The notes under the pieces are model-generated. The model did no database searches. It had not been told where the DNA came from and worked only from the letters and a program-made list of their open reading frames with translations. A stretch of DNA of 64,000 nt from Mytilus edulis (Eukaryota), in assembly GCF_963676685.1 (NCBI RefSeq), contig NC_092348.1, positions 3,596,001 to 3,660,000 of the forward strand, written 5' to 3'. Both the position numbers and the translations under genes were made by a program. Shown here in pieces: positions 24,720-38,537 of this stretch (the stretch's first letter is position 1; each line of letters begins with the position of its first letter).

Positions 24720-25270
24720 AAAAAAACACATATTTCAACAAAGAACCACAAAAAGACATATAGATATGCACATTTGTAAAAATGAAAGACGAGAATACAA
24801 AAACTTACCATAGCGCAATAGCACAATGACGGCTGGTAATAGTACCCAGTAACACCAAATAGATATTACCAAAACAAGATTAAACAGTAAAAGTAATATT
24901 CACAAAGACAAATTGAAGAACTGTATGTAATTAAAATTAAGATGACAAGAAACGTCAGTACCTAAAATATATACCTCAAGACAAAAGACCGTTATTTGTG
25001 AAGATAAAACGGAATATTTATCAATAAGGTCTTGGTACCTTCCGATACACATTTTAAGAAAAAGGACGAGATGTTCTTTGACATACCACTGGTTCATCAA
25101 CTTTCTGCTTAGACAATGGTGACGTTTAACAAAGTCTGAGTATCCCATATGCAAGAAAAGTTGATATATTGCTACTAAGGTTGAGGAAATTGATAATTTC
25201 AAAATAAAATCGTCTCGTTTGTCATACTGAGATTACCGCGTATGCCAATTTGAAGCATCAGTCTAAATAT
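24720..25270 (-). mobile_element. Penelope-like RT C-terminal remnant (family C) with 3' tail
   Basis: Frameshifted DKRDDF motif near 25220, then YSDFVKRHHCLSRKLMNQWYVKE...GRYQDLIDKY; homologous to families A and B. Confidence 0.65.
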
Positions 25271-26356
25271 GAGACAGAGGAAGCCGTGTCTGTTTTATTT
25301 AGTTTTATTTGTAGTTCTGGGGGATATATTATTGAAACCAAATCAGAGAAGACAATCGTTTTATTATTAACCCTATTAAGGAGTTATTCCCCTTGAAAAA
25401 TTGTATTTCGAGAACCGGAAATCGTAGAGACTTTGGACCTTCACCAATATTCTTTAATGTATGTGACCTTCAATATGCACCCAAGGTCAAAGGTCACAGA
25501 GTGCAAAATAAAATTTCGCTGCAATTTCAGGCTTACATATTAGGAAAACGATAAGACTTTGCTGCATACATACAGCGTATAAAATGTTCCTCTCGACGAG
25601 CTCTACATTTTATATAAAAAAATATGTCCAACCGTCTGTTCAAAAGTTACAACGGGATGATTCTTAAAAGTATAGTATTTTGTGTATATCTCTTTAAAAG
25701 GTAACAGATATCAACCTACTATAAACTGCAAAGATGGTCAGTAATTCAAGACCTTCAATTTGAGGTCAATATCAGGTCATGATGAAATTTCACCTTGACC
25801 TCCACATTATACTATGACCTTGACCTTGTGATATTTGAAAGGTCAAGTGGTCCTGAGTTGAATGGTGATAGTCCCATGTCTCTACGACTTCCGGTTCTCA
25901 AGTTTGGTATTACATCATATATTTGATGATTAATTGTGACCTTGGTGAACTTTAAAATTGTCCCAATTCTTTTTCTATAATGTTGTCCTGTAACTGTAGA
26001 TCGTTTACCATTTAACAGATTTGAGATATCTATTGTCGTTTGAGAGATAATGCAGTTTGAAATTTTGCGAGCGGCGGCGTGTATTTCTGAATCAACAACA
26101 GCTTAACACTTAAAATGTTTAGGAAATTGAAGAGGTTAACATTGTTATATGTTTGATCAAATACCAAAAACATTCCATGGAAAAAACATCAAAAAATCAT
26201 TTTGAAATTTTCATGTTTTGCATCAAGGATTTGTATAGTAAGAAGGATTGGAATCTCGTGGGCTTTTGCACAGACTGTGGTATAATATCTTCTGCGGCGC
26301 GAGATTTTGTGAGATTACCCGTGATGCATCTGGAAAATGCTAAACTAGCTCTGATT

Positions 26357-28983
26357 CGGATAATTTAACCAAATTCTATTAGAGGAAAAAGTACCATCAA
26401 CGTTTAAAACCGGAACAGTATCTCCGATTCTGAAGAAAGGAAAGGCATTCTATGAGGTAGAAAATTACCGTGGTATAACAGTCACATCAGTTATTGGAAA
26501 AGTATTTGAATATATCATTTTGGATAAATCTAACTTAATGAAATCGGGTCAATCTCCTTTACAGTTTGGTTTTACACAAGGACTATCTCCAAACATGGCA
26601 GCCCTAATACTTTCGGAGGCATGCTCAGAGATAACAGGAAAACAAACCATTTTCGTCACAACACTCGACAGTCAAAAAGCATTTGATGTTGTAAGTCACG
26701 TAATACTGATGGACAGGCTATATCACTACGGACTAAATCTGAATTTGTGGAACATTATCGAGGAGCTATATAGCGGCGTAACATCAACAGTAAAATGGAA
26801 AGGAGAAACAAGTACAAGCTTTGAAATACACCAGGGCGTGCGACAAGGAGGTGTCCTATCTACTCACCTATATAAGGCCTACATAAACGAACTGCTTCTA
26901 GATCTGCAAAAACGAAATCTAGGTTCTCATATAGGCAACAATTATGTTGGATGTCCTGCTTGCGCAGATGATATCGTACTTTTATCCCTCAATAGAGAAG
27001 AAATGCAAGAAATGCTGAATATTGTCGATAATTACTCAAAAGACCATCGATTTAACATCCATCCTCAAAAGAGTAATGTTATAATAAAGACTGGAAATAA
27101 ACGTAAAGATCCTGAAGATAGCGATGCTTTTAAAATGGGGAACAATGATTTAAATTGTACGGATCGTACAACCCACCTAGGCCTAACAAGATCAACAAAA
27201 GATGAAACCCGAATAAATGTAGATGATCGCATAAGTTTAGCCAGAAGAACATTATACTCTCTCATAAAGACTGGTGTACATGGCTCAAATGGTTTAAATC
27301 CTAAAACTTCATATAGGATCTATCAAGCATACGTCCTACCAAGGCTACTGTACGGGCTTGAAACTCTACATGTGAATTCTAAAGAAATGTCGCTTCTTTC
27401 AAGCTTCCACCTCGATACCTTGAGAAAACTTCAGTCTCTTCCGAAAAGGACAGCATGTGCATCAGTATACCTACTTCTGGGAGCTCTACCGCTTATTGCT
27501 GAAATTCACAAAAGACAACTTAGCCTCTTATTTGGTGTGCTCAATAGCGACAATGAAACTATTAGATCACTAGCTATGCGTCAATATATGTCCGGAAGAT
27601 CAACAAGCTTCTTCACCAAAACAGCAGAAATTTTAGAGATGTACAACCTACCTTTCTTTCTGGAATTATGCGAAAAGAAGTATTCAAAAATAGAATGGAA
27701 AAAACGGACAAAATCAGCAATAAACGGTCATTGGACTAACAAACTACGCCTAGAATGTGAAGAAAAATCAACTCTACAAAATTTAACAATTTCGAACTTA
27801 ACAATAGGTGTCACACATCCTGTTTGGGCTACAGTTTCTTCATCAGTCTCGGACATTAGAAAAGCAATTACAAAAAGCCGCATGTTAACGGGAACCTATC
27901 TATTACAAGCTCATAGACACAGATTTAACCAGGCCGAAGTAGACCCGATTTGTCCAAACTGTAGAACTGAGAACGAAGACCTATGTCATGTGTTAACAAC
28001 TTGTCCATTGTATATGAACATCAGGATAGCGTTATATACTCCAATTAAGAACTTTATAGTGAGTATTATATCTGAATCAACATGGGCAACTCACTTCAGT
28101 AACCGTGAGGCAATATGTACACTTATAGTAGACTGTCAAAGCTTCGCAAATCTGAACATTATACCGAACAACCCAGAAATACTTGGAAAGATTGAAAATA
28201 TGTCCAGAATATACTGCTATGAAATTCACAAAAAGAGACTATCAACCGAGATATAACATTTCCCTGGGTATCACAGCTCCCCATAAAGACACTAATAACA
28301 ATATTTACCACCATGTGTCTATATCTGATATATATCATAAATAGTAAAATAGTTGCCGTAATTAAAATACTTTAGTGTGATGTTTATGCATAAATATTTA
28401 GAACGTTAATATCTGCTTGCTTAACTATAATATACACCATATATACAAGCCTGAACGTGTGTACTGTGCAAGACTTTAAAATTTGAGTACAATGTAGAAC
28501 TAACTCTTATAACGCAAAAATATATCATTGCTTATTAACAAAGATATCAACATTAGATAGAAAATAACCATCTGTAGCATCCTCTAAATGCATAGTATTT
28601 TAGCTTGCACTTCTTGGCTCCCATATGAATGAAGACCTTTTAATTCATTAACTCTATCCAGTGAATTCAACAGCCAAAATAGTTAATTGATCTTATTTAA
28701 CTAGACATTACTTTTATCACCGTATCTACATCCTGGATAACGGAGGAATCTACCTGAACAAAACAGAACCTGGATAATGAATGGGTAATCCGTGTATATA
28801 ATATGTACATTTCTGTAAATAAATTTTGTGCATGTGCAACGTTCTGGTGGAGGATTTCATTACAATTTGGAATAACTTGTGGATATTATAACATTTTTAA
28901 AAACTAATCCGTTAAGGAAACACAGCTAGCTGTGTGTGCTCCAACACTGGAGGGATTTACATAAAGAAGAAGAAGAAGAAGAA
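26357..28983 (+). mobile_element. Young 5'-truncated non-LTR retrotransposon (RTE-X-like) with an intact RT and CCHC finger
   Basis: Frame open from 26364 to 28256: ENYRGITVTS, QFGF, LDSQKAFD, GVRQGGVLS, CADD, C-terminal CPNC...H...C; about 700-bp 3' UTR ending in a (GAA)n tail at 28966-28983. Clade call is tentative. Confidence 0.88.
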
Positions 28984-31900
28984 TGGCTGACATTTGCATC
29001 ACCTAAACAAATAGACATCGATATGTAAGTATCTACAATCTATATTTATCAAATATTATGCTTGAAATAAGAAGTTTAAATTGGTTCTGGTGTTATGAAT
29101 AACTTTTACGATCGCAGTAAGAATACACGGCTCCATAGAATTAATTTGCATATTGACCGAAGTGACCTCACCCTATCCCGCCTATTGGGCGGTCCTATCA
29201 TCATTTTCTATTTTTATACTCCTTCCTCAAAAAACGGAGATGAGTGATAAAATTTATATTTTCTGATATATATATGATTTCTTCGTGTATTGAGTAAATT
29301 TCGTAGTGATTGGTGCATTAGTTTTCCTTTTTTTTTACGTTTTTTTGAGTTGATTACAACAAAAATGGCGTTCTGGAGCGAAAATGGGGGTGGCTTGGGA
29401 AAAATGAATAAAGTTCTTCAATTGGCCTAGATTACTGTTCAAACATGTTTACAAACGTAAAACATTGGTGATAAAGTGTATTGAAGAAAGCTCAAACCGC
29501 TAAATAAGGGAATTGTGATGCTTTTCTGTCTTTAAACATCAATGTGGTTCTCAGATGAATAGCAATTTACCAGGCCTAAATTGGGAGGGGATCCAGTTGT
29601 CATAATAATCTGATACTTCCTTCCTGTTTATACCAAAATGAAATCGTTAAACCATGTGTTTTGAAATAGTTTTACATCAATTTTAACTAGCCATGTTCCA
29701 TAGAAAACTCCATAGATTTGCCTTTGCCGATGTGGAAAGGGACAATGCATGGATGGTAATATTTTCAAATGTTCAGCCCAGTGTTTACCAGCATCATGGT
29801 ATTGACAATTGTGAACGTACATTGTGTACAAATGAATGTACATTTTTACTGACATCAAAATAATAATACACCAACACAGCTCATCTACTTTAATGCCTTT
29901 AATGATGTTTGGGTAGTGCTGTTTTGGTCTTCATTATAAATCACTGTCCCCCTTTTATTATGCATGTTATTATTATGGACTCCCTTCTTCTCTATCTGTT
30001 TATACCACATATCACATGCATTACAAATTTAAGTCCAATTAATTATTATGCCTGTTAATTATGGCATTTTGCTAGGCTAAATAATGTTTTCCTGCAACAA
30101 CTTCAAATCCAACAATGCAATGAAAGATGTTTTCCTGCAATGGTGTCAAAGCAAAAATCAAAATAGCCTTGCAAGATTTTTTCCTGCAACAGTGTCAAAG
30201 CAAATAATTAAAATAGCAAGACGTCATAATTTTTTTAAACCTGTGCATTACAAATGTACCCGAGCTTTATCTTTTCTAGACCGAACTGCTCTAAACTAAT
30301 ACTTCAGTCAAGTCCAGTTAGAGTTTTATATATATAATATATAAAGGATATTCTGTTATCTTACATTTATTCCTTTTATTGTTATTTTTGATTTTTTTGC
30401 TTGTTCTCGACATCTTTTGATCCTACAATATTGCAAAATATTTTATTTTAAAACAATAGAAACATTGCTACAAATATAAATTATTCCTGAATTTGCATAA
30501 ACCCATAGAAATCTAACATAAATTTTGCAAATATAATTATTCGAGCAGAGATCTTGAGGTAGTATTGCTATTGTTAACGACATATTTGATATTGGAATTG
30601 TTTAAGCCATATGATATTGTATTATTATTGCCACATGTAACTATATTACACCTTTTTTTCAGTATTTTCCAAAATGCTCAAACTGGTGAATGTTAAGAAG
30701 AAAAGTCTAGGCACAAGGATTCAAGTCCCCAAAAAAGTCTAAGCAGTTGTGTGCAAACAGCAGTTGGCCATTCATGCACTTATCATGTGGACTAACATAT
30801 ATACATGATATATATGGCATGCCTTAAAATAGAAATAGAAATACTAGTGTACAACTGAATGCCACTTTTGACCAGAACGTTCCTTTGAATATCATTTATG
30901 GAGGATATACCAACAATGTTTCATTGGATCATTAACATTTAATCTCTTCTACCTAAACCTGAAAGCTATGCTTTGTGTGTAGGGAACTTTGATAGTGACT
31001 TGATAGATGATCATGTGATACCTGGGTTAAATTGGATTATTTCTATATTTTAATATAAAAATAAATCATTTAACATCTTCTTTTAAATTCCATTACATGC
31101 CAGATTCATTTAATACTTCAAATCTGCTTGGTGTTGAGTGTATATTGACGATGTACATGTATGTGTAGTAAAATAAGCAAGGAGACATGGGATATGATTG
31201 AAATGAGACAACTATCCATTCAATATCAAATGAAGATTTTAAAAACTAGTAGTCTACATGTACAATGATTGAATCAATGAATGTATGTCAATCACCATCA
31301 ACAAAACCCATGCAGCATAGCAGGTCAATAAATATTATTACATGAAACATAATACATGCACAAAAAATTGTTTTTATACCAAATTTGAAGTTAAGACATA
31401 AGAGTTAAGAGATGCGGGATGTGGTATGCTTGCTAATGGAATTTAGACCGCTCAGTTCACCAAAGAAACAAATGATGTTGATGTAAGCAATTATTCAATC
31501 TATTGTTATTTCTTATCTTGATAGACAAAAATTGTTTTACATGTATTATACAGTATATTCGTAATTATGAGCTATAAAATCAATACATGTACAAGGCAAA
31601 ATTGTACAAAAAGTATCTTCTGTTAGACAAGAAACATTTTAGTTATGTTTACAAAGACATTTATTGATAAATATCTATAGACACTACAGTTTAGACCTAC
31701 CAAGCATGAAAGTTACAAACAGAAAAGTATTACCTTTGTTTTAATACTTGATGTAAACTGCTGTTGCGTACCTCATATGAAGTGTATCAATGTACAATCA
31801 GAAAAAGATAGTCTTCTTTGATATATGACACGTCGCTCTTTAAGTTAATTTCTGTATTATACGTGAATAATACATAACCAGGAATAATTCCATGACTGAC

Positions 31901-32557
31901 TACTTGAGAGGCCGTTATACATGTATGACATGTATGACAGAGAGCTGACACTATAAAATTGCCCTATCAAATTCATGCACAAATTGATGAAAGTGCTCTG
32001 ATAAGAAACAAAAGTGCATTTAAAGATGTAATGTTATTAGTACAATTAAAAAAATGTGCTTGCATTGATAATTTATAACACACTGGCTAACGTTTCTTTT
32101 ATGCCTATATATGTTTATGATGATTGAAACCAGCTACAGTAACATGCAGAGGCAGTTTTATAGGGTTACCCAGTGGGCTCCCTCTTTAACAGTACTTGTT
32201 CCAAACTTATGATCATGACTAGCCACTATGTATATGAAACGCAATGCAGTAATTCGTCCTGAAATGTGTTGTCAGTTCTTTTTTCCACAAAAAATGTTTT
32301 GCACCTGTTTCCCGAGATTGAAAGAGTTTCCGAAGATGCAAATTCGCATATCTATAATGACATAATTTACAAGAATAAGATTTTTTTTAAATTTCTTTGA
32401 CAATTGATTGAAAATAAAAAATTACAGAAGTTAACATACAAACACATTGTCAACTGCCGTTATACACATTGCATTACAATGTCCATCAAATAAACAGTTA
32501 AATTATGCTTTTTCGTCAATTGAAACTTGAGTGAAAATCAATAATTATTACGTTTAA

Positions 32558-35500
32558 GGGCATCCGATACAGTTTCAAGGGAGTTAACTCTTGGCGCGAC
32601 GTTGAGCGTTTGAATTCCCGCAAAACGTCACTTTTTGCGGGACGTAATGCGTGTCATTTTCCGTAATAAGAAACGTAATGTGGAATTTCCATGCTCCAAT
32701 TTCTGTTTCTCCCGCATGCTAATTTCTACGCCATTAATATTAGTCAGTGCATTTGATTCTACCAGGATAACAGTCTAATAACATAATAATAAATAAAACA
32801 CATTACTGTTTCTTTGAGATCTTCAACAAATATCGTATAGTGAGCAATCTCAAGACGACTGACCCTTTTGGTGTTACTAATATCATGCCTGTCAATTAAA
32901 ATTTTAGAATCATTCATCATCCACGATTTGGTCCGGATTCGATTTTTTATTACACGTAACAGCACAGAAAACCAATGATATTTTAAAACTAATACCGAAA
33001 ATGTATGTACACGAAGAAGTCAATTTCCTTTCTAAACTAACAATGTATTCAATTTATTTATGTAAAAAAAATAATGGTATGCCGCTAATACAAACAATGA
33101 TACAACTTTTATAAAAGAACAAAGTTTCTATTTCCTCCACATTGCACGTAGTTTATCTAACAAAAGGCAATAGCAAACAATATGTTTATACACCCGTAAA
33201 AATTTTGACGGGACATAATGGTATAAAAATGCCCGCGTCCGTCTGTCCGTCGTAAATATGTTAACGGCATATTATCATTAAACTGAACATGGTTTTTTTC
33301 AGTCATGATGGTCAAACGATCTGTATCATTTTTGGTGAACTTTATGAGTTACAGGACTTCGTAACTAGAACAGTTTTTTTTTACAGTTCGCGCTGTATCT
33401 AGAAAACGTTTTATGACTATTATTCAAAACTTTACACACTTCTTGGTTATATAATTGTGAAGAATTTGTATATACTTTTGAGAATGATTCAGAATTTGAT
33501 TTTAGAGTTATTGAGTTTATGACAAAAAGGGGGTGGGGGTTCACATGTCGCGCCGTATCTCAGAAACTATCTATAATTATTGCATAAAACTTCACATACT
33601 TTTTAGTTAAATTATTCTTAAGATCTGTATACTTTGGTGATGATTCTTTAATTCATTTTTGAGTTCTTGAATTTTTATTGAGCTTCAATTTGGGGATCAT
33701 ATAAAACATGTTGTGATATATATAAACTTCCTATTGAGCAAGAATAATGAATGAGTCAGGATATACCTAGCATGACTTCCCGTACAACCCACGTGTTATT
33801 TTAAAAACACATATTATGTTGGGTTTTTTTTTCATAAGACGAAGGGCGTATCATGCGCTCGAAGCGCAGCTGTTTATTTTTTTCTTTATTTTTTTTATAG
33901 ATATATTAGAGAAATGACGGAATGACAGAAAATACAATGCAATTTTCTATACAATTCGAACGTGTCCATACGATATCAGTTTTATAGAAAGTTGGCAAGA
34001 ATGGTACACTTGAAAAATCTAATTAACCAGAAGTCCGGAAGGACAGACAGGGGAATGGACATGCGGTATTCTATGTACGCGCTGTGGTGAAAAAAATATA
34101 TAGTTATTTACCATTAAAATTACGCTATGAGAGAATGATTTTATAATCCCAACTAATCGTAATATATCCAGTCCTCTCGCTATTAATTCAATCGTTTTTT
34201 AGCCAAATCAAAAATTTCAAAATTATAGTTTCTCTGTCTGGACAAAAGCATCCATTAGCAAATTGAAGATTCTCCTTTGTAAGATTTTGCTTCTGTTTTC
34301 TGACCACATAAAACAGAAGATGTGGTATAATTGTCAATTAGACAACTCTCAATAAGAGACAAACATGACACAGAAATTAACAACTATAGGTCACCGTACG
34401 GTCTTCAACAATGAGCAAAACCCATACCGCATAGTCAGCTATAAAAGGACCCGAAATGACAAGGTAAAACAACTCAAACGAGAAAAGAAACGGCATAATT
34501 TATGTGCTTCAATTTATGTACAAAAAAAGAAGTTCCGTTTGCAGGAGAATGCTGAGTTCACACGTAATTCGAATTAGTTTAATTCGCAATCGAAATGTTT
34601 TACGTCCTAGCGTAAATTCTAATTCAAATTGAAATGCGTGTCAAATTTGATTACTGTCCAATCGACGCTAACTTTTTTAAAATTCGTATCAACAAAAACG
34701 GATTTTCTCAGTGATAAAAACGTAAATTAAAGGATATTAAGGAGTATGTGTAATGAAACAGCAGCCACCAAACAAAACAAAACAAAGAACAACATATAGA
34801 GGTCATCATACAGTATGAAATAATATACGAGTGTGTACAGTAAATGTACCTGTATGTCATGTTCTAAATTGCCGAGTCTTTAACGTTTGAAAGCCGTAAA
34901 AATTATCAACAGTCCGTAATAACTTTTCTTGAGATGTTTCTCACTTAGACCACAAACACAGAGAGGTTATTCACATGATTTTACTTTCGAAAACAATGTT
35001 ACCAATTTATAGATAGTACTTTACAAGCAATATTTATACATTTGAAAAATGTCGCCGGTAATTTAAGCGTAACGTCGAAATTGTCTGCCAGCGACGTCGT
35101 GCACTTTAGCGCTAACGTTGAGGTTACAAAGGGGTGACGCAATTTTTTAGGATAAATCGCGCTTATCATAGAATCCAGGACGGTGACCTATATTTTTTAT
35201 TTGAGATTTGAAGAAAGCATGACAAAATGCAGTTTATGCAGAAAAATGATAAAAATGACATTTTCAGAAACAGTTTTTTTTTCCATTTTTTTAGGTTTAG
35301 AAAAATACCACTTTGAGCATCTGGTTCGCAATGTCAAGCAAGACTTGAATAATTTTATAGTTATTCCTGTAGTGATTTATTTTTTTCTTTATTGCCATTT
35401 ATCACAGCTTCAGATTGAACCCGATCTTGATAATTTACGACGAAGAATATCTGCTCCAAAAATTTTATAACATTGCCTAATTTTTTTACAAAATTGCACA

Positions 35501-35648
35501 AATCCCCAATTTTCAGCCTCAATTTTCTCGAAAACAAGCACGGTGACCTATGTTTTATTTTGTGTTTTATTTTATAACTCGCCAAGGCCTACAACATATT
35601 TCAAAATTATAAAAATGACATTATATCGAGAAACTGTATCGGATGCCC
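32558..35648. mobile_element. Non-autonomous Kolobok-like DNA transposon with nested repeats
   Basis: Perfect 19-bp TIR GGGCATCCGATACAGTTTC at both ends; TTAA duplications at 32554-32557 and 35649-35652; purine-purine termini. Confidence 0.85.
33184..33880 (+). mobile_element. Probable Helentron-associated non-autonomous element nested in the Kolobok-like element
   Basis: 5' hairpin CCCGT...ACGGG, GTCC-type microsatellite, internal diverged repeats, 3' hairpin TGCGCTCGAAGCGCA. Confidence 0.55.
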
Positions 35649-35939
35649 TTAAGAATGAATAAAGTCCTTAACCATTACAACATTGTCTATACGTGACAAA
35701 AATGAGAACACAACTCATGCATGTGTACAAAAAATCACGTTCCGATAGCGTAAGTGACGAGTAGTAGTAGTAGTAATAGTGGCGAGTACCGAAGTCTCGA
35801 CGCGGAAGAGATTACGATAAACCGCGAGATTCCAATCCTTCTTACTATACAAATCCTTGTTTGCATTGACTTTGTAAGTTTCATAACTTCTATTTATATC
35901 GTTGATATTGTATCATTTTTGTCACTTTGTCAAATGGGG

Positions 35940-36440
35940 TCATTTGATATATCAAATTGAAGGTCTCAATAAACTCTACTTAAAAATGAAAATTTCAAAC
36001 CTCTTTTTCATCCCAGGGGGAAGGGTTGGGTCATTTAGTGCAAAAATTCAAATTTCTCAGATGTTAAGGTTGTTGCATATCAAATGAAAGAACATAAAGC
36101 CTACATTTCAAATTTGAAATTGACATCCCCCAAAAATTGGTTGAGTGCAAAAAAAAAAAAACTTTTACGATAGGGTTGTTGTATATCAAATGAAATGTCA
36201 TGATGTGTACATTTTAAATAGCAAATTCCCGACCTCTAAAAATTAGTTGGATGGGGTTATCAAGTGCAAAAATCAAACTTTCTAGAACATGACGTTGTCG
36301 CATATCAAATGAAAGGTCATCATGTCTATGTTACATATATCATACTTCCGATCCCGAAAATGTAGGCGGATGAGGTCATTAAGTGTTAAAAGCGCAAAGT
36401 TTCAGAAGGTATGCTTGTCGAATATCAAACGACAGGTCGT
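35940..36440 (+). repeat. Diverged tandem repeat with a period of about 105-130 bp, 4-5 copies
   Basis: Recurrent ATATCAAATGAAAG-like motif near 35948, 36077, 36183, 36302 and 36422. Confidence 0.6.
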
Positions 36441-36779
36441 TCAAAGTACATAACGAAAACATCCCCTTTACTGGAGAGACCTTTCAATTGTTTTACAAAC
36501 AATTGAGATACTAGTTGTGATTATTTTTGTTCCTCTGTGTAGCATTTGTCATCTTTATGTAAACTTTTAATAAAATATGCCGTAAGATATATACCCCAAA
36601 GTTATAAAATAGCGTAAGTGTACTATGTTAAAAAGCCTTGTAGACTCTTTCTTTAAGACGATTTTCAAAATTTCATATGGGGAATGGTGTTGATAAATCA
36701 ACAGTTTTGATGAAACTACTTTCCGAGAACGATCGAGATTTAAAATTGTCCAGAGGTTCTTGTGAGCTTTTTCTAGTTA

Positions 36780-37060
36780 ATAGTCTAATTAGTGAAAAGG
36801 GAACGGGATTGTAGTTACGACATAAGGAACATATATGATATCATCTGTGAAACCGATATTCCATAACGATTAACTAACTCGTGATGGAGTACGTAAAATT
36901 TACGAAAGGATGAATTCAACTTCACCATTTGGAACTCTTTGTCTAATAGCAGCACATCTATATCTAGGAAATTATGAAAGAAAATACAAGCCTGGGAATA
37001 TCGTGTCAATTAGGAAATATATATTCCGTATACAGGCGCTGCTGGAATGTTGCTACATAG
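36780..37060 (-). mobile_element. Degraded Penelope-like family A fragment
   Basis: ORF 36815-37009 (EFQMVKLNSSFRKFY...HHELVNRYGISVSQMIS) matches 52966-53445. Confidence 0.75.
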
Positions 37061-37744
37061 CATAGAAATGTGTAGCTGTAGGATACAATAGAAACAGACT
37101 GGAATATAAATTGGAATTTTAGATGTTACCTCCTTGTTATGTAGAAAGTTGCTGATATTGATTGCATTTATTTATTTATTAATAAATTGAACAGGAATGA
37201 ATTTCCCTTTTTCCTCATGTAAAGGGTCTGAACTTGTTTGAAAAGATGAATAAGGGCAACATCACAAATTATACTGACAAATCTGTATATTGAGAGAATG
37301 TATTGATGCATTCTTTGTCAAATGCATAATGTCTCAAACATTTTAGAAAATTCACAAGCAGTGACAATTAGCCCTAGCGAATGATGACAATGTAAAAGAA
37401 GGTCATCAAACCAAATTCCATGTATTCAACCTGTGCACTCGGGTATACATTACCTGCTTAAGGCTGAAACTTGATATTTAATGCTACTGATAAAGCAAAC
37501 GAATTCAACATTTTTTTGAGATGCAGGCAATATTAGTTGATACCGAAGCCAAACATGTATATAAAGAACCCTGAATTGCGTGTCTTTATCATCAGACCGG
37601 TGTTGATTCATCTATTTACGCAAAGTTTGTCGAGTTTCACCAACACAAAGTAAGCCACACAAAGTACATTCAATTCTGTAAACGATATTGTCAGTGGAAT
37701 AATCACCCAACTACGATTAACAATCTTCATATGTGTTTTTTTAA

Positions 37745-38070
37745 ATTATCAAAGGCTAGTAATGAAAGAAAAACGCTACAGACTATATACTTGGTTTCAA
37801 CAACAAAAGTGTGACATTTAAATGGCATGAGAACCCCATTTTTCAAAACATATTATAACGACTTCAGTAACTAATTTCCTGGTAAACACTGAGATGGTTG
37901 AGGTGATAAAAAAAACTCAAAAGGTCTTTCTTTCTTTGTGAACAAAACACTTGATTTTAAGCTAATAAACGAATTTTTTGACAATGAAGGAAGAATAATC
38001 ATAATTAATTTTCGAAATTCCAGATGACATATTTACTTAAATCAACTTGTTTGCACGAAATGAAGTTCGC
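37745..38070 (+). mobile_element. Highly degraded L1-type APE endonuclease fragment
   Basis: Frameshifted pieces KGLVMKEKRYRLYTWFQQQKCDI, NSKG, DNEGRIIII and INLFA resemble the N-terminus of L1 ORF2. Confidence 0.55.
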
Positions 38071-38269
38071 ATGATTAATTTGTCAGTCCAAGACTCATGT
38101 TTTTGTTATTAGTTATAATTAGTTTTGAAGTAGTTGTCAGTAGCAACGAATACTCTCAGAAATGTACTAATAGTATGTGTCTTATTATTATGAGAAATTT
38201 GTAAATTATATATAAATAAACTCATCATAGGTACCAGGATTAAATTTAGTGTATACTAAATTATATATA

Positions 38270-38537
38270 GCCCAGGTGGTCGTGTGGTCGTGTGGTCTAG
38301 CGGGACGGCTACAGTGCATGCGATTTGGTGTCACGATATCTCAGTAGCATGGGTTCGTGTTCCGGCGAGGGAAGAACAAAACATTTGCGAAAGCAAATTT
38401 ACAGATCTAACATTGTTGGGTTGATGTTTAGACGAGTTGTATATACATATATAATGTACACAGCCATGTATCACCATCATTGCTGGTGATCCGATGGATA
38501 AATCTGTTGTAGAGTTGTCACTGACTCAGACGTACTT
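38270..38537 (+). mobile_element. tRNA-derived SINE
   Basis: A-box-like TGGTCGTGTGG (locally duplicated), B-box-like GGTTCGTGTTCC, non-tRNA body; direct repeat CTAAATTATATATAG at 38256-38270 and 38538-38552. Confidence 0.75.

Larger units (their letters stand above)
17140..25040 (+). repeat. Diverged tandem segmental duplication: copy A 17140-22880 (expanded by insertions), copy B about 22893-25040
   Basis: Collinear matches: 17190-17535 with 22945-23290, 17905-18326 with 23300-23706, 18662-18798 with 23708-23845, 20146-21690 with 23868-24995. Confidence 0.85.

Noticed and set aside
29560-32550. Short ORFs and Cys/His-containing frames
   Set aside because: No recognisable domain or consistent exon structure; compatible with random AT-rich ORFs or old transposon debris.
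38270-38375. Functional tRNA gene
   Set aside because: Duplicated A-box segment, disrupted T-loop, attached non-tRNA body and flanking direct repeats indicate a SINE.
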